A stretch of DNA of 64,000 nt, from the IMG/VR virus record IMGVR_UViG_3300042010_000106, positions 186,001-250,000 of that record; one strand, 5' to 3'. The stretch's first letter is position 1. Every line of letters begins with the position of its first letter. Below, piece by piece: positions 52,980 to 62,970 of this stretch. A model generated the notes under the pieces. It had not been told where the DNA came from. It did not search any database and saw only the letters and a list, made by a program, of their open reading frames with translations. The translations under genes were made by a program, and so were the position numbers.

Positions 52980-53768
52980 TTATCGTTCACCCGCTGGCGA
53001 TACCCGGCGCATAAGGGCCTGTATAGCCATTGCATCGCGTTGGCGGGTATCCAGCATATTGCGCAGCGTCTTTGCCTGTTCAACCGTGAACACGTTAGGC
53101 GCGGCGTATTCCGTATGCAGTTGATCTAACGCAGGGCCAGCGTTCGCCACGGCTTCGGCGGCGTTGCAATCGTAGGTCACGCTAACGGACGGAGTAACGA
53201 CACAACGGCGGCTCGCCTTGCCTTTCATAATGCAGCAACCGCTTTCAATAACACTGCGCGGCGTTTTGACAAGGTTATAAAGGGAAATACGAATCAGGCG
53301 AATGGTGCCATCGGTCAAACACAGAACTGGAACGGCTACCATCATCGGCGGCACATTTTCAGAACGCGAAGACATCAAAGCTTTGAGGCTCAGGATTTCG
53401 CGGAACGGCGCAGCAATGGTTGGCTGCAATTCAGTTCCATGAATCATGATTTCGAGACGTGCAAAAACGCTGTCGAGTTCAGGCAGGAACATGAACGGTT
53501 CGGAGCGGATGTATTGCAGCGCGGGAGTTTTGCGTACCCGCATAAATGCAGGCAGCGTGGAATCTGTTTTTTGGTTGACTGGTGCAACCAAAACTTTTAC
53601 GTCGTCGAGTACGATGCGAACGCCCATTGCGAGCAGAACGTTTACAACGAAATTGTAGTTGGTGGTTCCCGAACTGTATTGCTCCAGCATATCCACGGCG
53701 CGAATCAGTTCATGTACGGTAAGCTTGCCGCTAAGAATTTGGCTAATGATTCCGCTAGCGTTGATCAT
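52980..53768 (-). CDS. hypothetical protein
   Basis: 262-aa ORF with AAGG RBS. Confidence 0.65.
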   Translation of the reverse strand: MINASGIISQILSGKLTVHELIRAVDMLEQYSSGTTNYNFVVNVLLAMGVRIVLDDVKVLVAPVNQKTDSTLPAFMRVRKTPALQYIRSEPFMFLPELDSVFARLEIMIHGTELQPTIAAPFREILSLKALMSSRSENVPPMMVAVPVLCLTDGTIRLIRISLYNLVKTPRSVIESGCCIMKGKASRRCVVTPSVSVTYDCNAAEAVANAGPALDQLHTEYAAPNVFTVEQAKTLRNMLDTRQRDAMAIQALMRRVSPAGER

Positions 53769-53787
53769 ATTTTTTCCCTTAGAAAGT

Positions 53788-53815
53788 AAAAAAGCGACCT
53801 ATCGCTAGGCCGCTT
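53788..53815 (-). terminator. rho-independent terminator
   Basis: AAGCGGCCT-loop-AGGTCGCTT then TTTT. Confidence 0.75.
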
Positions 53816-53840
53816 CTTGTGTAACGCGCCGAATTAAAGC

Positions 53841-54443
53841 TTAGGCTTTTTTAGCTTTCGGAGCTTTGGCAACCGGGGCAGCAGCAGGAGCGGCTTTCGG
53901 TGCTTTGGCTTTAGCGCCACCTTTCACAGCAGGTGCAGGAGCGGCAACAGCAGCAGCTTTCGGAGCTTTTGCTTTCGGTGCTTTGGCAACTGGTGCAGTT
54001 ACGGCAGCGGCTTTAGCAGCCTTCAGTTTTGGAGCGCCGGTTTTGGTAACGCCGACAGCAACAGGAGCAGCGGCAACTTTCGGAGCTTTGGCTGGCTTGG
54101 CAGCTTTTGCTTTTTCAGCGGCTTTTGCTTCTTTGGCTTTCAGAGCAGCAGCGGCGCGTTCTTCGCCTTGCAGTTTCTTCAGAGCGGCTTTGTCGTCGGC
54201 GATTTCAGCGGTCAGAACGGTGACGGCATTGGACAGGGTTTCAACGGCGGTTGCCGATGCTTTCTGAACGTTGGCGACAACTTTCGGAGCGGTAGCCAGA
54301 ACCAGTTTCGAATGCGCTTTCACGTGAGCGTTGGCAGCAGTCAGTTGTGCTTTCACGGTGGCGAGGGTAGCCACTTTGCCAGCGATGGTTTTGGTCAGAG
54401 CGGATTCGGCTTTGGACAGCTTTGGAGTGGTAACGGTGGTCAT
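53841..54443 (-). CDS. histone H1-like (AlgP-type architecture) K/A/P-rich protein
   Basis: N-terminal coiled coil then KAPKA/KAAKPAKAPK repeats. Confidence 0.75.
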   Translation of the reverse strand: MTTVTTPKLSKAESALTKTIAGKVATLATVKAQLTAANAHVKAHSKLVLATAPKVVANVQKASATAVETLSNAVTVLTAEIADDKAALKKLQGEERAAAALKAKEAKAAEKAKAAKPAKAPKVAAAPVAVGVTKTGAPKLKAAKAAAVTAPVAKAPKAKAPKAAAVAAPAPAVKGGAKAKAPKAAPAAAPVAKAPKAKKA

Positions 54444-54471
54444 CTTCTTTCTTCCTTCAGGGGTAGTGGCT

Positions 54472-55320
54472 TTAGTGCCGTTTGTAAGCTAATGCCCGTT
54501 GTTTGATTTCGGACAGTGCGTATTTGTTGCAAAGCTTTGTAAATTCTTTCACGTCTAACGGTGAAATTGACATGTCCAATTCTGACACGTCGTAGGCATC
54601 CAAAGCAAACGTTATCAGCTTTCGATTCAGCTTCAATCGCTGCTTTATATTTACAGTTTTCTGCGCGCCTTTCGGAAAGCGTTCTAATGGAATCTTTTCA
54701 GCCTTTCCAAACTCTTCGATCAGCTTAACTGCGGTTGTAGGCCCAATGCCGGGGATTCCGTCAATGCCATCGACTTTATCACCATCCAGCATTAGGAAGT
54801 CAACCATTCGTTTTGGTTCAACGAGGAATACTTCTTTACAGTTTTTACGCGTGATCGTGAGTTTCTTTTGCGGGTTAATCAAACGAATGTGTTTGTGCAC
54901 AAGGCATTGCGCAAAATCTTTATCCGTTGACAGGATATACGCACGGCCACCATCGTAATACACGGCAGCAGCCGCCACGATGTCATCCGCCTCAATCCCG
55001 CGAATGCCCACAACACAAATGCCCATCGCGATCAACATTTCCACGATGATTGGCGTTTGTATTTTCAGCGCGGCAGACTTTTCAGGATCTTTGATACGCC
55101 CGCCTTTGTAATCCGGGTGCAGTTTGTGCCTGAAATTGTTCGTGCCGGGGCGGTCGAAGGTCACAACACACTCTGTCGCTTTGGTATCGCGCAGATTCGC
55201 TAACAGGATTCCGAAAAATCCGTGAATAACGTTTGTCGGTGTGCCCTTGTGTGAGCTAGGCCGTACCGCGTGGTAGGCCCGGTGCATTGCGTTGGTGCCG
55301 TCAACTACAAGGCGAGTCAT
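54472..55320 (-). CDS. 5'-3' exonuclease / flap endonuclease (PolA N-terminal, T4 RNase H-like)
   Basis: VVDGTN, FD, YKGGR, EADD, STDKD, GDKVDGIDGIPGIGPTTA. Confidence 0.9.
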   Translation of the reverse strand: MTRLVVDGTNAMHRAYHAVRPSSHKGTPTNVIHGFFGILLANLRDTKATECVVTFDRPGTNNFRHKLHPDYKGGRIKDPEKSAALKIQTPIIVEMLIAMGICVVGIRGIEADDIVAAAAVYYDGGRAYILSTDKDFAQCLVHKHIRLINPQKKLTITRKNCKEVFLVEPKRMVDFLMLDGDKVDGIDGIPGIGPTTAVKLIEEFGKAEKIPLERFPKGAQKTVNIKQRLKLNRKLITFALDAYDVSELDMSISPLDVKEFTKLCNKYALSEIKQRALAYKRH

Positions 55321-55725
55321 TTAGTCATCCTTATAGACCCGCACAGGCGCGTTTTCGACTGCACGATTCAACAGGTCGTTTTCGTTTGAAATAAGCCGGA
55401 TGCCTGTACGCAAAATGCGGAACGTTTGAGCGCTTCGCAACAGGGCTAAAACCAGACGGTCTTTGACAAAAGGCACAGCCACATAGCCAACGCCTTCTGT
55501 AGTGGTTCCAATAATTGCTTTTCCACCGGACGTGATCGCCTTGTGTACTTCGCTAAGGTCTGCATTTTCTTTTGCGTAGATTGTCCAACGCTTGTACACC
55601 GTAAACGCTTTCGGCTCACGATCATTCAGCAACTTGACCAACAGCGATTGCGATCCCGGCTCAAATGTCACAGCCATCAAAAGCGTTTCGCCTTTTACTC
55701 GCTTATTCACAGATCCTTTCAGCAT
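55321..55725 (-). CDS. hypothetical protein
   Basis: 134-aa ORF coupled to exonuclease start. Confidence 0.6.
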   Translation of the reverse strand: MLKGSVNKRVKGETLLMAVTFEPGSQSLLVKLLNDREPKAFTVYKRWTIYAKENADLSEVHKAITSGGKAIIGTTTEGVGYVAVPFVKDRLVLALLRSAQTFRILRTGIRLISNENDLLNRAVENAPVRVYKDD

Positions 55726-55734
55726 GTCACGTCC

Positions 55735-56223
55735 TCAATGATCGAAGATCAGGAAGGCCGGTTGTGCAGAGCCGACACGCACACCGAATTTATCTTTGCA
55801 TTGGAGCGAGGTTCGCGCCATGCACCGGGCCTTGCCTTTTCGATCCACGTAGAATTGCAGGTAAGCGCATTCCTCACCGACGAAGGCGAGGAACGTCAAA
55901 TACTTTCTGTGTCCGCTCACGGGCGTAAGCACACGCACTTGATGGAGAGTACAGAAATCAATAACGTTCAGAATCTTTTTCTTATCGTCAGGGATTTCGT
56001 GGCCGCTAATTGTTGCTTTAACGGCCTTGTACTTTTCCACGAAATCATCAACGAATCCGTGGTATCCATTTTCGTGTTGGGTGTACTCTTCCAGCGGTTC
56101 GAAAGGCTCGCCGATCTTGACAACCGTTGCCTTACCTTTGATTCCGATCAGGGCGAATTTATTACGTGGGCATAACCAGAGTTCCATTTGATTCTCCGGG
56201 GTTTTCGGCCTCATAGATCGCAT
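55735..56223 (-). CDS. hypothetical protein
   Basis: 162-aa ORF; start may be MELWL near 56187. Confidence 0.6.
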   Translation of the reverse strand: MRSMRPKTPENQMELWLCPRNKFALIGIKGKATVVKIGEPFEPLEEYTQHENGYHGFVDDFVEKYKAVKATISGHEIPDDKKKILNVIDFCTLHQVRVLTPVSGHRKYLTFLAFVGEECAYLQFYVDRKGKARCMARTSLQCKDKFGVRVGSAQPAFLIFDH

Positions 56224-56449
56224 GAGTCTGGTTAATGAACGCCTTCAAATCTTTCGGAGCCGCGAGTGCAGATGCGAAGAAATAAAGGGAGCGGGGAATA
56301 CGCTTGTTTTTAATCGCGCCGATGGCAACGCTGCGCATCACTTCTGTAGCTTTGGCAGAATTTTCATCACCGCCGTGCAAGTAATATGCAAGTTGCATCG
56401 TCACAATCAGGTCAAGCATGATCAAACGGTCGGTCGCTGGCTTGTCCAC
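56162..56449 (-). CDS. hypothetical protein
   Basis: 95-aa ORF. Confidence 0.55.
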   Translation of the reverse strand: MDKPATDRLIMLDLIVTMQLAYYLHGGDENSAKATEVMRSVAIGAIKNKRIPRSLYFFASALAAPKDLKAFINQTHAIYEAENPGESNGTLVMPT

Positions 56450-56460
56450 GTTTATTTACC

Positions 56461-56949
56461 TTAGTCGCGTGCTGCGCCTTTGGATGCAATGGCCCAATGT
56501 CCGATCAGCGGCGGCACGTACAACGTGTTGTCGAATTTCGGATAGTTTTCTGCGATTGGCGTACGGCTATAAATCACGTCGTGTCCAAAACCGGTCGAGG
56601 TAAACCGGCTCAGGCCGTAACGGAAACACAGCAGTTCCATATGACGCAGCAGGAAACGTTTATCGGTCGGATGATCGTCGGCCAGTTCGGTGTCGATGTA
56701 ATCGCTGATTGCTTGACCAGCAGCCGCAAATTTCACCAAACCTTCGTCGGTGATTTCTGCGTCGGCTTGCACGTTGCGCGAACCCAAATATACGAACACG
56801 ATGGTCATGTCCGGCACGTTCGTTTTTTCGTAGTGATTCACGATGTCCGCACGTGTAACTTTATGCAGATTCAGTTTCGTACGAACGTGTGTTGCAATGT
56901 CAGCGGCTGCAACAACAGACGAATGGCCTTCATACAGTGGACGTGTCAT
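56461..56949 (-). CDS. hypothetical protein
   Basis: Start moved to MTRPLYE at 56949 (AAGGA RBS), removing overlap with upstream gene. Confidence 0.6.
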   Translation of the reverse strand: MTRPLYEGHSSVVAAADIATHVRTKLNLHKVTRADIVNHYEKTNVPDMTIVFVYLGSRNVQADAEITDEGLVKFAAAGQAISDYIDTELADDHPTDKRFLLRHMELLCFRYGLSRFTSTGFGHDVIYSRTPIAENYPKFDNTLYVPPLIGHWAIASKGAARD

Positions 56950-56960
56950 GGTTTGTTTCC

Positions 56961-57503
56961 TTAGCGTTTGTTTTTGCCACCACATGTTGTGCACGGCCTT
57001 GGCTGCACACGTTTGCGGATAGCGTTGTATGTTTCGTTGTTGGACTCGATGCCCATGATGGACGATGCGGTTGCGCCCACTTCGTTGAAGCGTCGAGTCA
57101 TTGCGAATTTGTCGAACATCGTTTCGTACGGGAAAGGTTTGTTGTGTGTCTTTTCCCACAGCGGAATATCAAACGATTCTGCTTTGACCTTGTTCAGTTC
57201 GAAACCTTCCAGAACCGGGGCCATAAGTGTGTTCACACGATGTGCCTTTACAGTTCGGCCAGCAGCGTCAATGATCATCAACGCCGACAATTCTACGTTG
57301 TTGTTTACCAACGAAACCATAGGGCCGTGCTGAATTGCAGCGATTGCAAACCACGTGTCCACCAGCGGCAATTCTTGCCCGCCTTCAAACATCGGCAAAT
57401 GGATTGCACGCATGCAGGCATACACAACGGTGTTGAAGTGCATGTCACTGCCGAAAACAAAAACACTTTTCTGTTCTGGAACTGGTGTTTGTTCTTCACT
57501 CAT
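56961..57503 (-). CDS. hypothetical protein with C-terminal CxxC
   Basis: 180 aa ending PRPCTTCGGKNKR; GAGG RBS. Confidence 0.65.
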   Translation of the reverse strand: MSEEQTPVPEQKSVFVFGSDMHFNTVVYACMRAIHLPMFEGGQELPLVDTWFAIAAIQHGPMVSLVNNNVELSALMIIDAAGRTVKAHRVNTLMAPVLEGFELNKVKAESFDIPLWEKTHNKPFPYETMFDKFAMTRRFNEVGATASSIMGIESNNETYNAIRKRVQPRPCTTCGGKNKR

Positions 57504-57521
57504 AACACACCTCGTTGAAAA

Positions 57522-58673
57522 TTAATCCCAGCTAAGCGCGCCGCCAGTCTGGTATTCGATTACGCGGGTTTCGAAGAAGTTTTTCTCTTTCTTCAAATCC
57601 ATGATTTCCGACATCCACGGGAACGGGTTTGCAGTCGAAGGGTATTCTTCTTTCAAACCGATTTGCGACAGGCGACGGTTTGCAATGAATTTCAGATAGT
57701 CTTCCATCATTGCAGCGTTCATGCCCAGCACACCGCGTGGCATTGTGTCGCGTGCGTATTCGATTTCCAGTTGAGTGCCTTGCAGAATCATCTGCGTAGC
57801 CTCTTCTTTCATTTCGGCATCCCACAACTGCGGATTTTCGATCTTGATTTGGTTAATCACGTCGATACCGAAGTTCAGGTGCATGGATTCATCACGCAGA
57901 ATATATTGGAACTGTTCTGCAACGCCGGTCATTTTGTTGCGACGACCCATCGACAGAATTTGCGTGAAACCACAGTAGAAGAAAATGCCTTCCAGAACGC
58001 AGTAGTACGCGATCAGGTTACGCAGCAATTCCTTGTCGGTTTCGATGGTGCCGGTTTCGAATTTCGGATCAGAAATCGACTGCGTGTATTTCAGGCCCCA
58101 CGTAGCTTTCTTCGCGACCGATGGAATTTCGTGGTACATATTGAAAATTTCGCCTTCGTCCATCTGCAAAGATTCGATGCAGTATTGGTAGGCGTGGGTG
58201 TGGATCGCTTCTTCAAATGCTTGACGCAAAATGTACTGGCGACATTCAGGGTTGGTAATCAGGCGATACACAGCCAGCACCAAATTGTTTGCCACCAACG
58301 AATCGGCAGTCGAGAAGAAACCGAGGTTGCGCATGACGATACGACGTTCATCATCGGTCAGACCGTTAGGATCTTTCCAGAGGGCAATGTCGGTGGTCAT
58401 GTTTACTTCTTGTGGCATCCAGTGGTTAGAGCAACCATCCAGATATTTTTGCCATGCCCAATCGTATTTGAACGGTACAAGCTGATTCAAATCTGCGCGG
58501 CAATTGATCATCATTTTTTCGTCAACTGCAACGCGTGCCGCTGCGCCTTCCAGTGAAGCCAGACCGTCTGCGATGTCGAGTTGATTCAGTGATGATTTTG
58601 CACGAATGATCGCCGGGGTATCAGTGGCAGTCACTGCGCGTGCTTCTTTTACGTAGTCATCTTGGTTAGACAT
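57522..58673 (-). CDS. nrdB: class Ia ribonucleotide reductase beta subunit
   Basis: [45 protein letters not shown]; resembles Pseudomonas NrdB. Confidence 0.95.
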   Translation of the reverse strand: MSNQDDYVKEARAVTATDTPAIIRAKSSLNQLDIADGLASLEGAAARVAVDEKMMINCRADLNQLVPFKYDWAWQKYLDGCSNHWMPQEVNMTTDIALWKDPNGLTDDERRIVMRNLGFFSTADSLVANNLVLAVYRLITNPECRQYILRQAFEEAIHTHAYQYCIESLQMDEGEIFNMYHEIPSVAKKATWGLKYTQSISDPKFETGTIETDKELLRNLIAYYCVLEGIFFYCGFTQILSMGRRNKMTGVAEQFQYILRDESMHLNFGIDVINQIKIENPQLWDAEMKEEATQMILQGTQLEIEYARDTMPRGVLGMNAAMMEDYLKFIANRRLSQIGLKEEYPSTANPFPWMSEIMDLKKEKNFFETRVIEYQTGGALSWD

Positions 58674-59073
58674 TGTTGTTTCCGAAATCGAGTTTTACAA
58701 AAAGAGGATTGAAACCGTAACCTAGCAGGCCAGAGCCAGACAGCTTGACCATGTACCCGTCGAAACCATATTCAGGCCGCGAGCTAATGTGTTCAACGCC
58801 ATAGCGCCGCCCATCTGCAAGGCCGTACAATTCGATTTCTTTCACAGGTTCGCTAGTGCGGAATTGAAACGCAAACCCTTGACCGACCACACCGAAAATA
58901 TTCAGGTACACGGCTTTGAGTTGGCTGGCGTGCACAGACTCGACGAAACTGAATTCGCCGCGATCCTTTTGCACGTTGAGTTTTGGATAACCTTTGTCGC
59001 ATTCGTTGATTTCAGAAAGGCGACGGAGTGCGCCGCCTTCTGTCACGATGCGTCCGATGTCGTGGACGTACAT
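58666..59073 (-). CDS. hypothetical protein
   Basis: 135-aa ORF. Confidence 0.55.
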   Translation of the reverse strand: MYVHDIGRIVTEGGALRRLSEINECDKGYPKLNVQKDRGEFSFVESVHASQLKAVYLNIFGVVGQGFAFQFRTSEPVKEIELYGLADGRRYGVEHISSRPEYGFDGYMVKLSGSGLLGYGFNPLFVKLDFGNNNV

Positions 59074-59084
59074 GAAATTTCCCT

Positions 59085-60713
59085 TTAAATTTCCAGACCA
59101 GAGTGTGCCTTGTCAGGGTTTTTCATGTACGTTTTCATCCGCGCTTCAGTATCACGCGCCGCACGTTCACCCGGATTCTTGGCGTCCGCTTTCAGGATCT
59201 TGATTTCGTCTTTGAATGCTTTGATTTTTTCCTTCAGAGCATCCGCGTCCATCTTCGACAGTTGGCGGATTTTCCGATCAAGAATAATCTTGGCATCTTC
59301 CAGCGGAATCTTGAAATGCTTCGCCAGTTTCGCATCAGGATCTTTTGCCATCAGGATAGACGGCAGGATCTTGAGCAATTCTTTCAGGTTCAAAATACCG
59401 AACAGATAAACTTCGTTGAGGTGCAGAAGTTTTTCGTTTTGATCCAGCTTGTATGCGATCATCCGCTCTTCAAGTTGAATGCGGTATTGAACCCAACCGG
59501 TGAAGAAATCCACGTAGTTCAGATAGCGGAATTCGTTCTGGATTGTGCCCAATCGGCGGATGGTGATACCCAACCGATAATTGACAGAAGAGCGCACGAT
59601 GTTATCGACCTTGTGGCAGATTTCATCAAAACGATCTTCGTCCATATTCTTCGGACAATCGACGGTGCACAGCGCACCGAATGGGCCAGCGTGTTTAACC
59701 TGCTTGCCCGGTGTGTTTTCTGCGTTCTTCACGCCGTCGATATTCAGGATCTTGTTCAGCGTTTTATCAATGCTTTCAACAGACGCCAAAGTCATCGGCA
59801 CGTGCGATTGCAAATAGATTGTGCGCTTCGGAATATCCGTGTGCGTTAAGGGCGCATACGTCACGTTTCCTTTACCGGTTGTCATCAGGGTTTCGATATC
59901 AGAATCTTTCGAAACGTCGATGCAGCCGTATGGGTGTTTGATTTCCAGCGTGTCAGAAAGTTTTTTGCCGGTGTAGGTTTTACCCTTCAGCATGTCGATA
60001 ACGACTTTCGCAACAGACTTCAGCGAGAACGCAGGGTTGCCCGCTTTCACGCCGTAGGCCGGTGCTGGAATGTTCGTGATGAACAGCAGCGATGGCAGCA
60101 GCGCAGGAAGGTACAGCGGAATTTTCTGATCGTTCGAAAAGTTCATGTCATACGGCACGACTTTCAGATAATCAGGATCGAGCAAAAACGTGTTCGTGAA
60201 ACGAGACATTTTCGCTTCGGTGTAACGCTGTGCAGATGCTGGCGTGCTTGGCGAACCGTAACCACCTTGACCGTCAACGAATGGCGGCAAAGCGTTTGTG
60301 ATTGTCACCATGGCATCGTACGCGGCTTGGTCGCCGTGTGGGTGATACATACCAATGGTGTCGCCGATTGTACGTGCGGATTTTTTATAGCCTTTGTCTG
60401 GACGCAAACCCAAACCAGCCATAGACCAGAGAACCGCACGGTGTACAGGTTTCAAACCGTCGCGGTAATCTGGAACGGCCCGCTGTTCAACCACATACGA
60501 ACCGTAAGTTTTCAAAGCGCCTTCAGTGAAGAATGAAAGCGTCTGGTCAATCGTTTCGCCAGTGGCAACAGGGAACTTGGAAACCATCGCCCATTCTTTT
60601 GCGGTGACGACTTCCTTGGATTTCTTCGGTGCTTTTGTCAGGTCTTTGTTTTTCTTGACCGCAACTTCTTTCGATTTCGATTTCTTTTCAGATTTTTTCG
60701 GTTTGAGAGCCAT
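59085..60713 (-). CDS. gyrA: type IIA topoisomerase A subunit (GyrA/ParC/gp52-like, no C-terminal pinwheel)
   Basis: DGLKPVHR, YHPHGD, ASAQRYTE (catalytic Tyr), LP.LL; K-rich N-terminal extension. Confidence 0.9.
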   Translation of the reverse strand: MALKPKKSEKKSKSKEVAVKKNKDLTKAPKKSKEVVTAKEWAMVSKFPVATGETIDQTLSFFTEGALKTYGSYVVEQRAVPDYRDGLKPVHRAVLWSMAGLGLRPDKGYKKSARTIGDTIGMYHPHGDQAAYDAMVTITNALPPFVDGQGGYGSPSTPASAQRYTEAKMSRFTNTFLLDPDYLKVVPYDMNFSNDQKIPLYLPALLPSLLFITNIPAPAYGVKAGNPAFSLKSVAKVVIDMLKGKTYTGKKLSDTLEIKHPYGCIDVSKDSDIETLMTTGKGNVTYAPLTHTDIPKRTIYLQSHVPMTLASVESIDKTLNKILNIDGVKNAENTPGKQVKHAGPFGALCTVDCPKNMDEDRFDEICHKVDNIVRSSVNYRLGITIRRLGTIQNEFRYLNYVDFFTGWVQYRIQLEERMIAYKLDQNEKLLHLNEVYLFGILNLKELLKILPSILMAKDPDAKLAKHFKIPLEDAKIILDRKIRQLSKMDADALKEKIKAFKDEIKILKADAKNPGERAARDTEARMKTYMKNPDKAHSGLEI

Positions 60714-62773
60714 CAGTCATCCAACCCCAGCAGGCGGCGGCGGTGCACGGCATCTTCTGCCACAACACCAAAGAAGAAATTGCGCTGTTCAACGTTCGCA
60801 AAAGGATTGATTCGAATCAGGCGGCGTTGCTTAGGATCGAAGGCGATTGGGCCAACTTCTTTTTCGCTAACTTCACCCCAACCTTTGATACGAATGATTT
60901 CCTGATCCTTTACAGCTTTCGGCGCGTTGGCACGGCATTCATCGAAATTGTCACCGCCGTAAACGATCCCTTTATGCAGTGCAGCAAACAGCGGAGCCTG
61001 TACGCACCACACGCGGCCTTCTTTGAAAAGGTCAGGCATGAGACGAACCAGCGCAGCCAAATACAGAACAGCAATGTGCCCGCCATCCGGGTCAGGGTCA
61101 ACAAGGAAAATCACGTTTGCTACGCGAAGTTTTTCAGTGCTGAGTGTTGGGTTTTCTGCTTTCGGATCGAGCGTTTTGATATCGGCGCCCAAACAAATCA
61201 GCATGTTCATGATTTCTTTGTGTGCCAAGATTTTCGCGAGTGTTGCGCTCAGTGCGTTGAGTGGCTTACCGCCAGCGGCCAACACTTCCTGATAATAACC
61301 ATTGCGAGCGTTTACGCTTGGGCCTTTTGCAGAGTCACCTTCCACGATGAACAATTCACGTTCGTGTGGTTTGCATTTCGATGCAGCAGCCAGCGCAGCA
61401 GGCAGAGCGTTACCCTTGCCTTTCTTTTTCACGTCGGCCATGGATTTCACAACAGCCGCCAATTCAACGCGGGTTTTTGTCATGAATTGCGCACGCTTGA
61501 TAATCATCTTGGCGACTTTCGGATTCGCGTCGAAGTATTTATCAAGTTCAGGCTGAATCAGGTCGGTGACTTCTTTGTCAACGCGTGACGAAAGTTTGTC
61601 TTTTACCTGAGACGAATATGCAGCGCCGTGCATACGCCAGTCAAACACACCAGTCAAACCCATGAGCAAATCGGAACCGGTGAAGCCTTGGCCTTTTGCA
61701 CCCTTTTTATCGGGCATGTGTTTTTTGATAACGGTGCTGAGTGCTTGCGTGAAACCTGTTACGTGCCAGCCGCCATCGGCAGTCGGCGAAGTGTTCACGA
61801 AAGTCAGGAAGTTTGCAGCGTCCGTGTGGTCAGACCAAACCAGTGCGCAAGTGATGTTGTCATTCTTGAAAGTGAATGGCTTACCCTGTGCTTCCAGTTC
61901 GCGTTCTTCACACATGAATTTCGGCACGTATGCCAAATCTTTCTTGTTGATGAACGTGTGGTCATGACGTTTCTTGTCACGGATTGTGGAGAAACGAATT
62001 TCCAGACCCGGATTCATCAGCGCCATGTTTTGCAACCATTGTTGCACGCTGTCTGCACTCGGTTCTGCTTTGCGGAAACCTTTTGGCAGAGCCTTGCCGC
62101 GTTTCGAATCCTCAGACACAACGGTCTGGTCGAGTTTCATCGCGACAATCGTACCGTATTTTTGCGTCTTGTCTTTCAGCAGTGTCAGCACGTCTTTATC
62201 AACGGCTTTTACTTTAACTGGATGCGGGCCTTTGGAAGTGATTTCACCCTTACCATATGACTGGAAATGCAGACCGCCTTTGTATGTTGTCCAAGCGCGT
62301 AACTCTTCGGACACAGCCACAACAGCAGACATACCAATGCCGTGCGTGCCAGCCGACGTTTTATACGCCTTGTCATTGAATTTTGCGCCTGCGTGAGTGC
62401 GGGTATACGCCGCTGTCATGATCGAAATCTTTTCGCCAGACTTCAGCGTTTTCATTTCGAGCGGAATACCACCAGCGCAGTCAGCCACAATGAAAATGTC
62501 GGTGTCGTAGTTCAGAATCACTTCGATGATTTTGTTACGACCGGCAATGTGTTCATCGTATGCGTTATCTACAGCCTCTTTCACACAGCGATAAGCCATG
62601 AATGGGCCGAGGTCGCCGAGATACATTGACGGGTTTAAACGCAGACCGTCCAAGCCTTCCGCAATTTGGAATCCGTCTTGCGTTGCGCTGTCTTTCTTGT
62701 TGGCCTTTTTAACACCCTCGGCAATCTTTGTTTTCTTCGTTGCCTTTTCGACCGGGGCCGATTTCTTAGCCAT
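60713..62773 (-). CDS. gyrB: type IIA topoisomerase B subunit (GyrB/ParE-like)
   Basis: EAVDNAYDE, DCAGGIP, HAGAKF, GTHGIG, IVEGDSA, DPDPDGGHI, KGWGE. Confidence 0.9.
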   Translation of the reverse strand: MAKKSAPVEKATKKTKIAEGVKKANKKDSATQDGFQIAEGLDGLRLNPSMYLGDLGPFMAYRCVKEAVDNAYDEHIAGRNKIIEVILNYDTDIFIVADCAGGIPLEMKTLKSGEKISIMTAAYTRTHAGAKFNDKAYKTSAGTHGIGMSAVVAVSEELRAWTTYKGGLHFQSYGKGEITSKGPHPVKVKAVDKDVLTLLKDKTQKYGTIVAMKLDQTVVSEDSKRGKALPKGFRKAEPSADSVQQWLQNMALMNPGLEIRFSTIRDKKRHDHTFINKKDLAYVPKFMCEERELEAQGKPFTFKNDNITCALVWSDHTDAANFLTFVNTSPTADGGWHVTGFTQALSTVIKKHMPDKKGAKGQGFTGSDLLMGLTGVFDWRMHGAAYSSQVKDKLSSRVDKEVTDLIQPELDKYFDANPKVAKMIIKRAQFMTKTRVELAAVVKSMADVKKKGKGNALPAALAAASKCKPHERELFIVEGDSAKGPSVNARNGYYQEVLAAGGKPLNALSATLAKILAHKEIMNMLICLGADIKTLDPKAENPTLSTEKLRVANVIFLVDPDPDGGHIAVLYLAALVRLMPDLFKEGRVWCVQAPLFAALHKGIVYGGDNFDECRANAPKAVKDQEIIRIKGWGEVSEKEVGPIAFDPKQRRLIRINPFANVEQRNFFFGVVAEDAVHRRRLLGLDD

Positions 62774-62970
62774 CAGTAAAATTCCTCTTCTGCAATGCGA
62801 CTGCGCAGAATGTCGTAGTAGACGTGCATGGCCTCAAGCTGTTTCAGGATTCGCCGTTGTCCACCGCTATGAATGGTTTTGTATTCGGGGCCGTCGAATA
62901 CTGCTTGCAAACGTTTCATTTCTTTTTCGAGGTTTGCTTTTTCAGCAAGCATCAATTCTTGTGTGGTCAT
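62773..62970 (-). CDS. small helical phage protein (crAss001_48-like pattern)
   Basis: E...L......L..F....L.KQLEAM..Y..IL.SRI. Confidence 0.5.
   Translation of the reverse strand: MTTQELMLAEKANLEKEMKRLQAVFDGPEYKTIHSGGQRRILKQLEAMHVYYDILRSRIAEEEFY

Noticed and set aside
59085-60713. Missing GyrA C-terminal domain as pseudogenisation
   Set aside because: Phage type IIA topoisomerases (T4 gp52 type) normally lack the pinwheel; the ORF ends cleanly with catalytic motifs intact
1318-62260. Many long plus-strand ORFs (e.g. 1318..2844, 12998..14302, 17486..18775, 49402..50781, 50791..52686)
   Set aside because: They lie antisense to well-supported minus-strand genes, are F/V/R-rich mirror translations without motifs or RBS, and arise from the codon bias of the real genes
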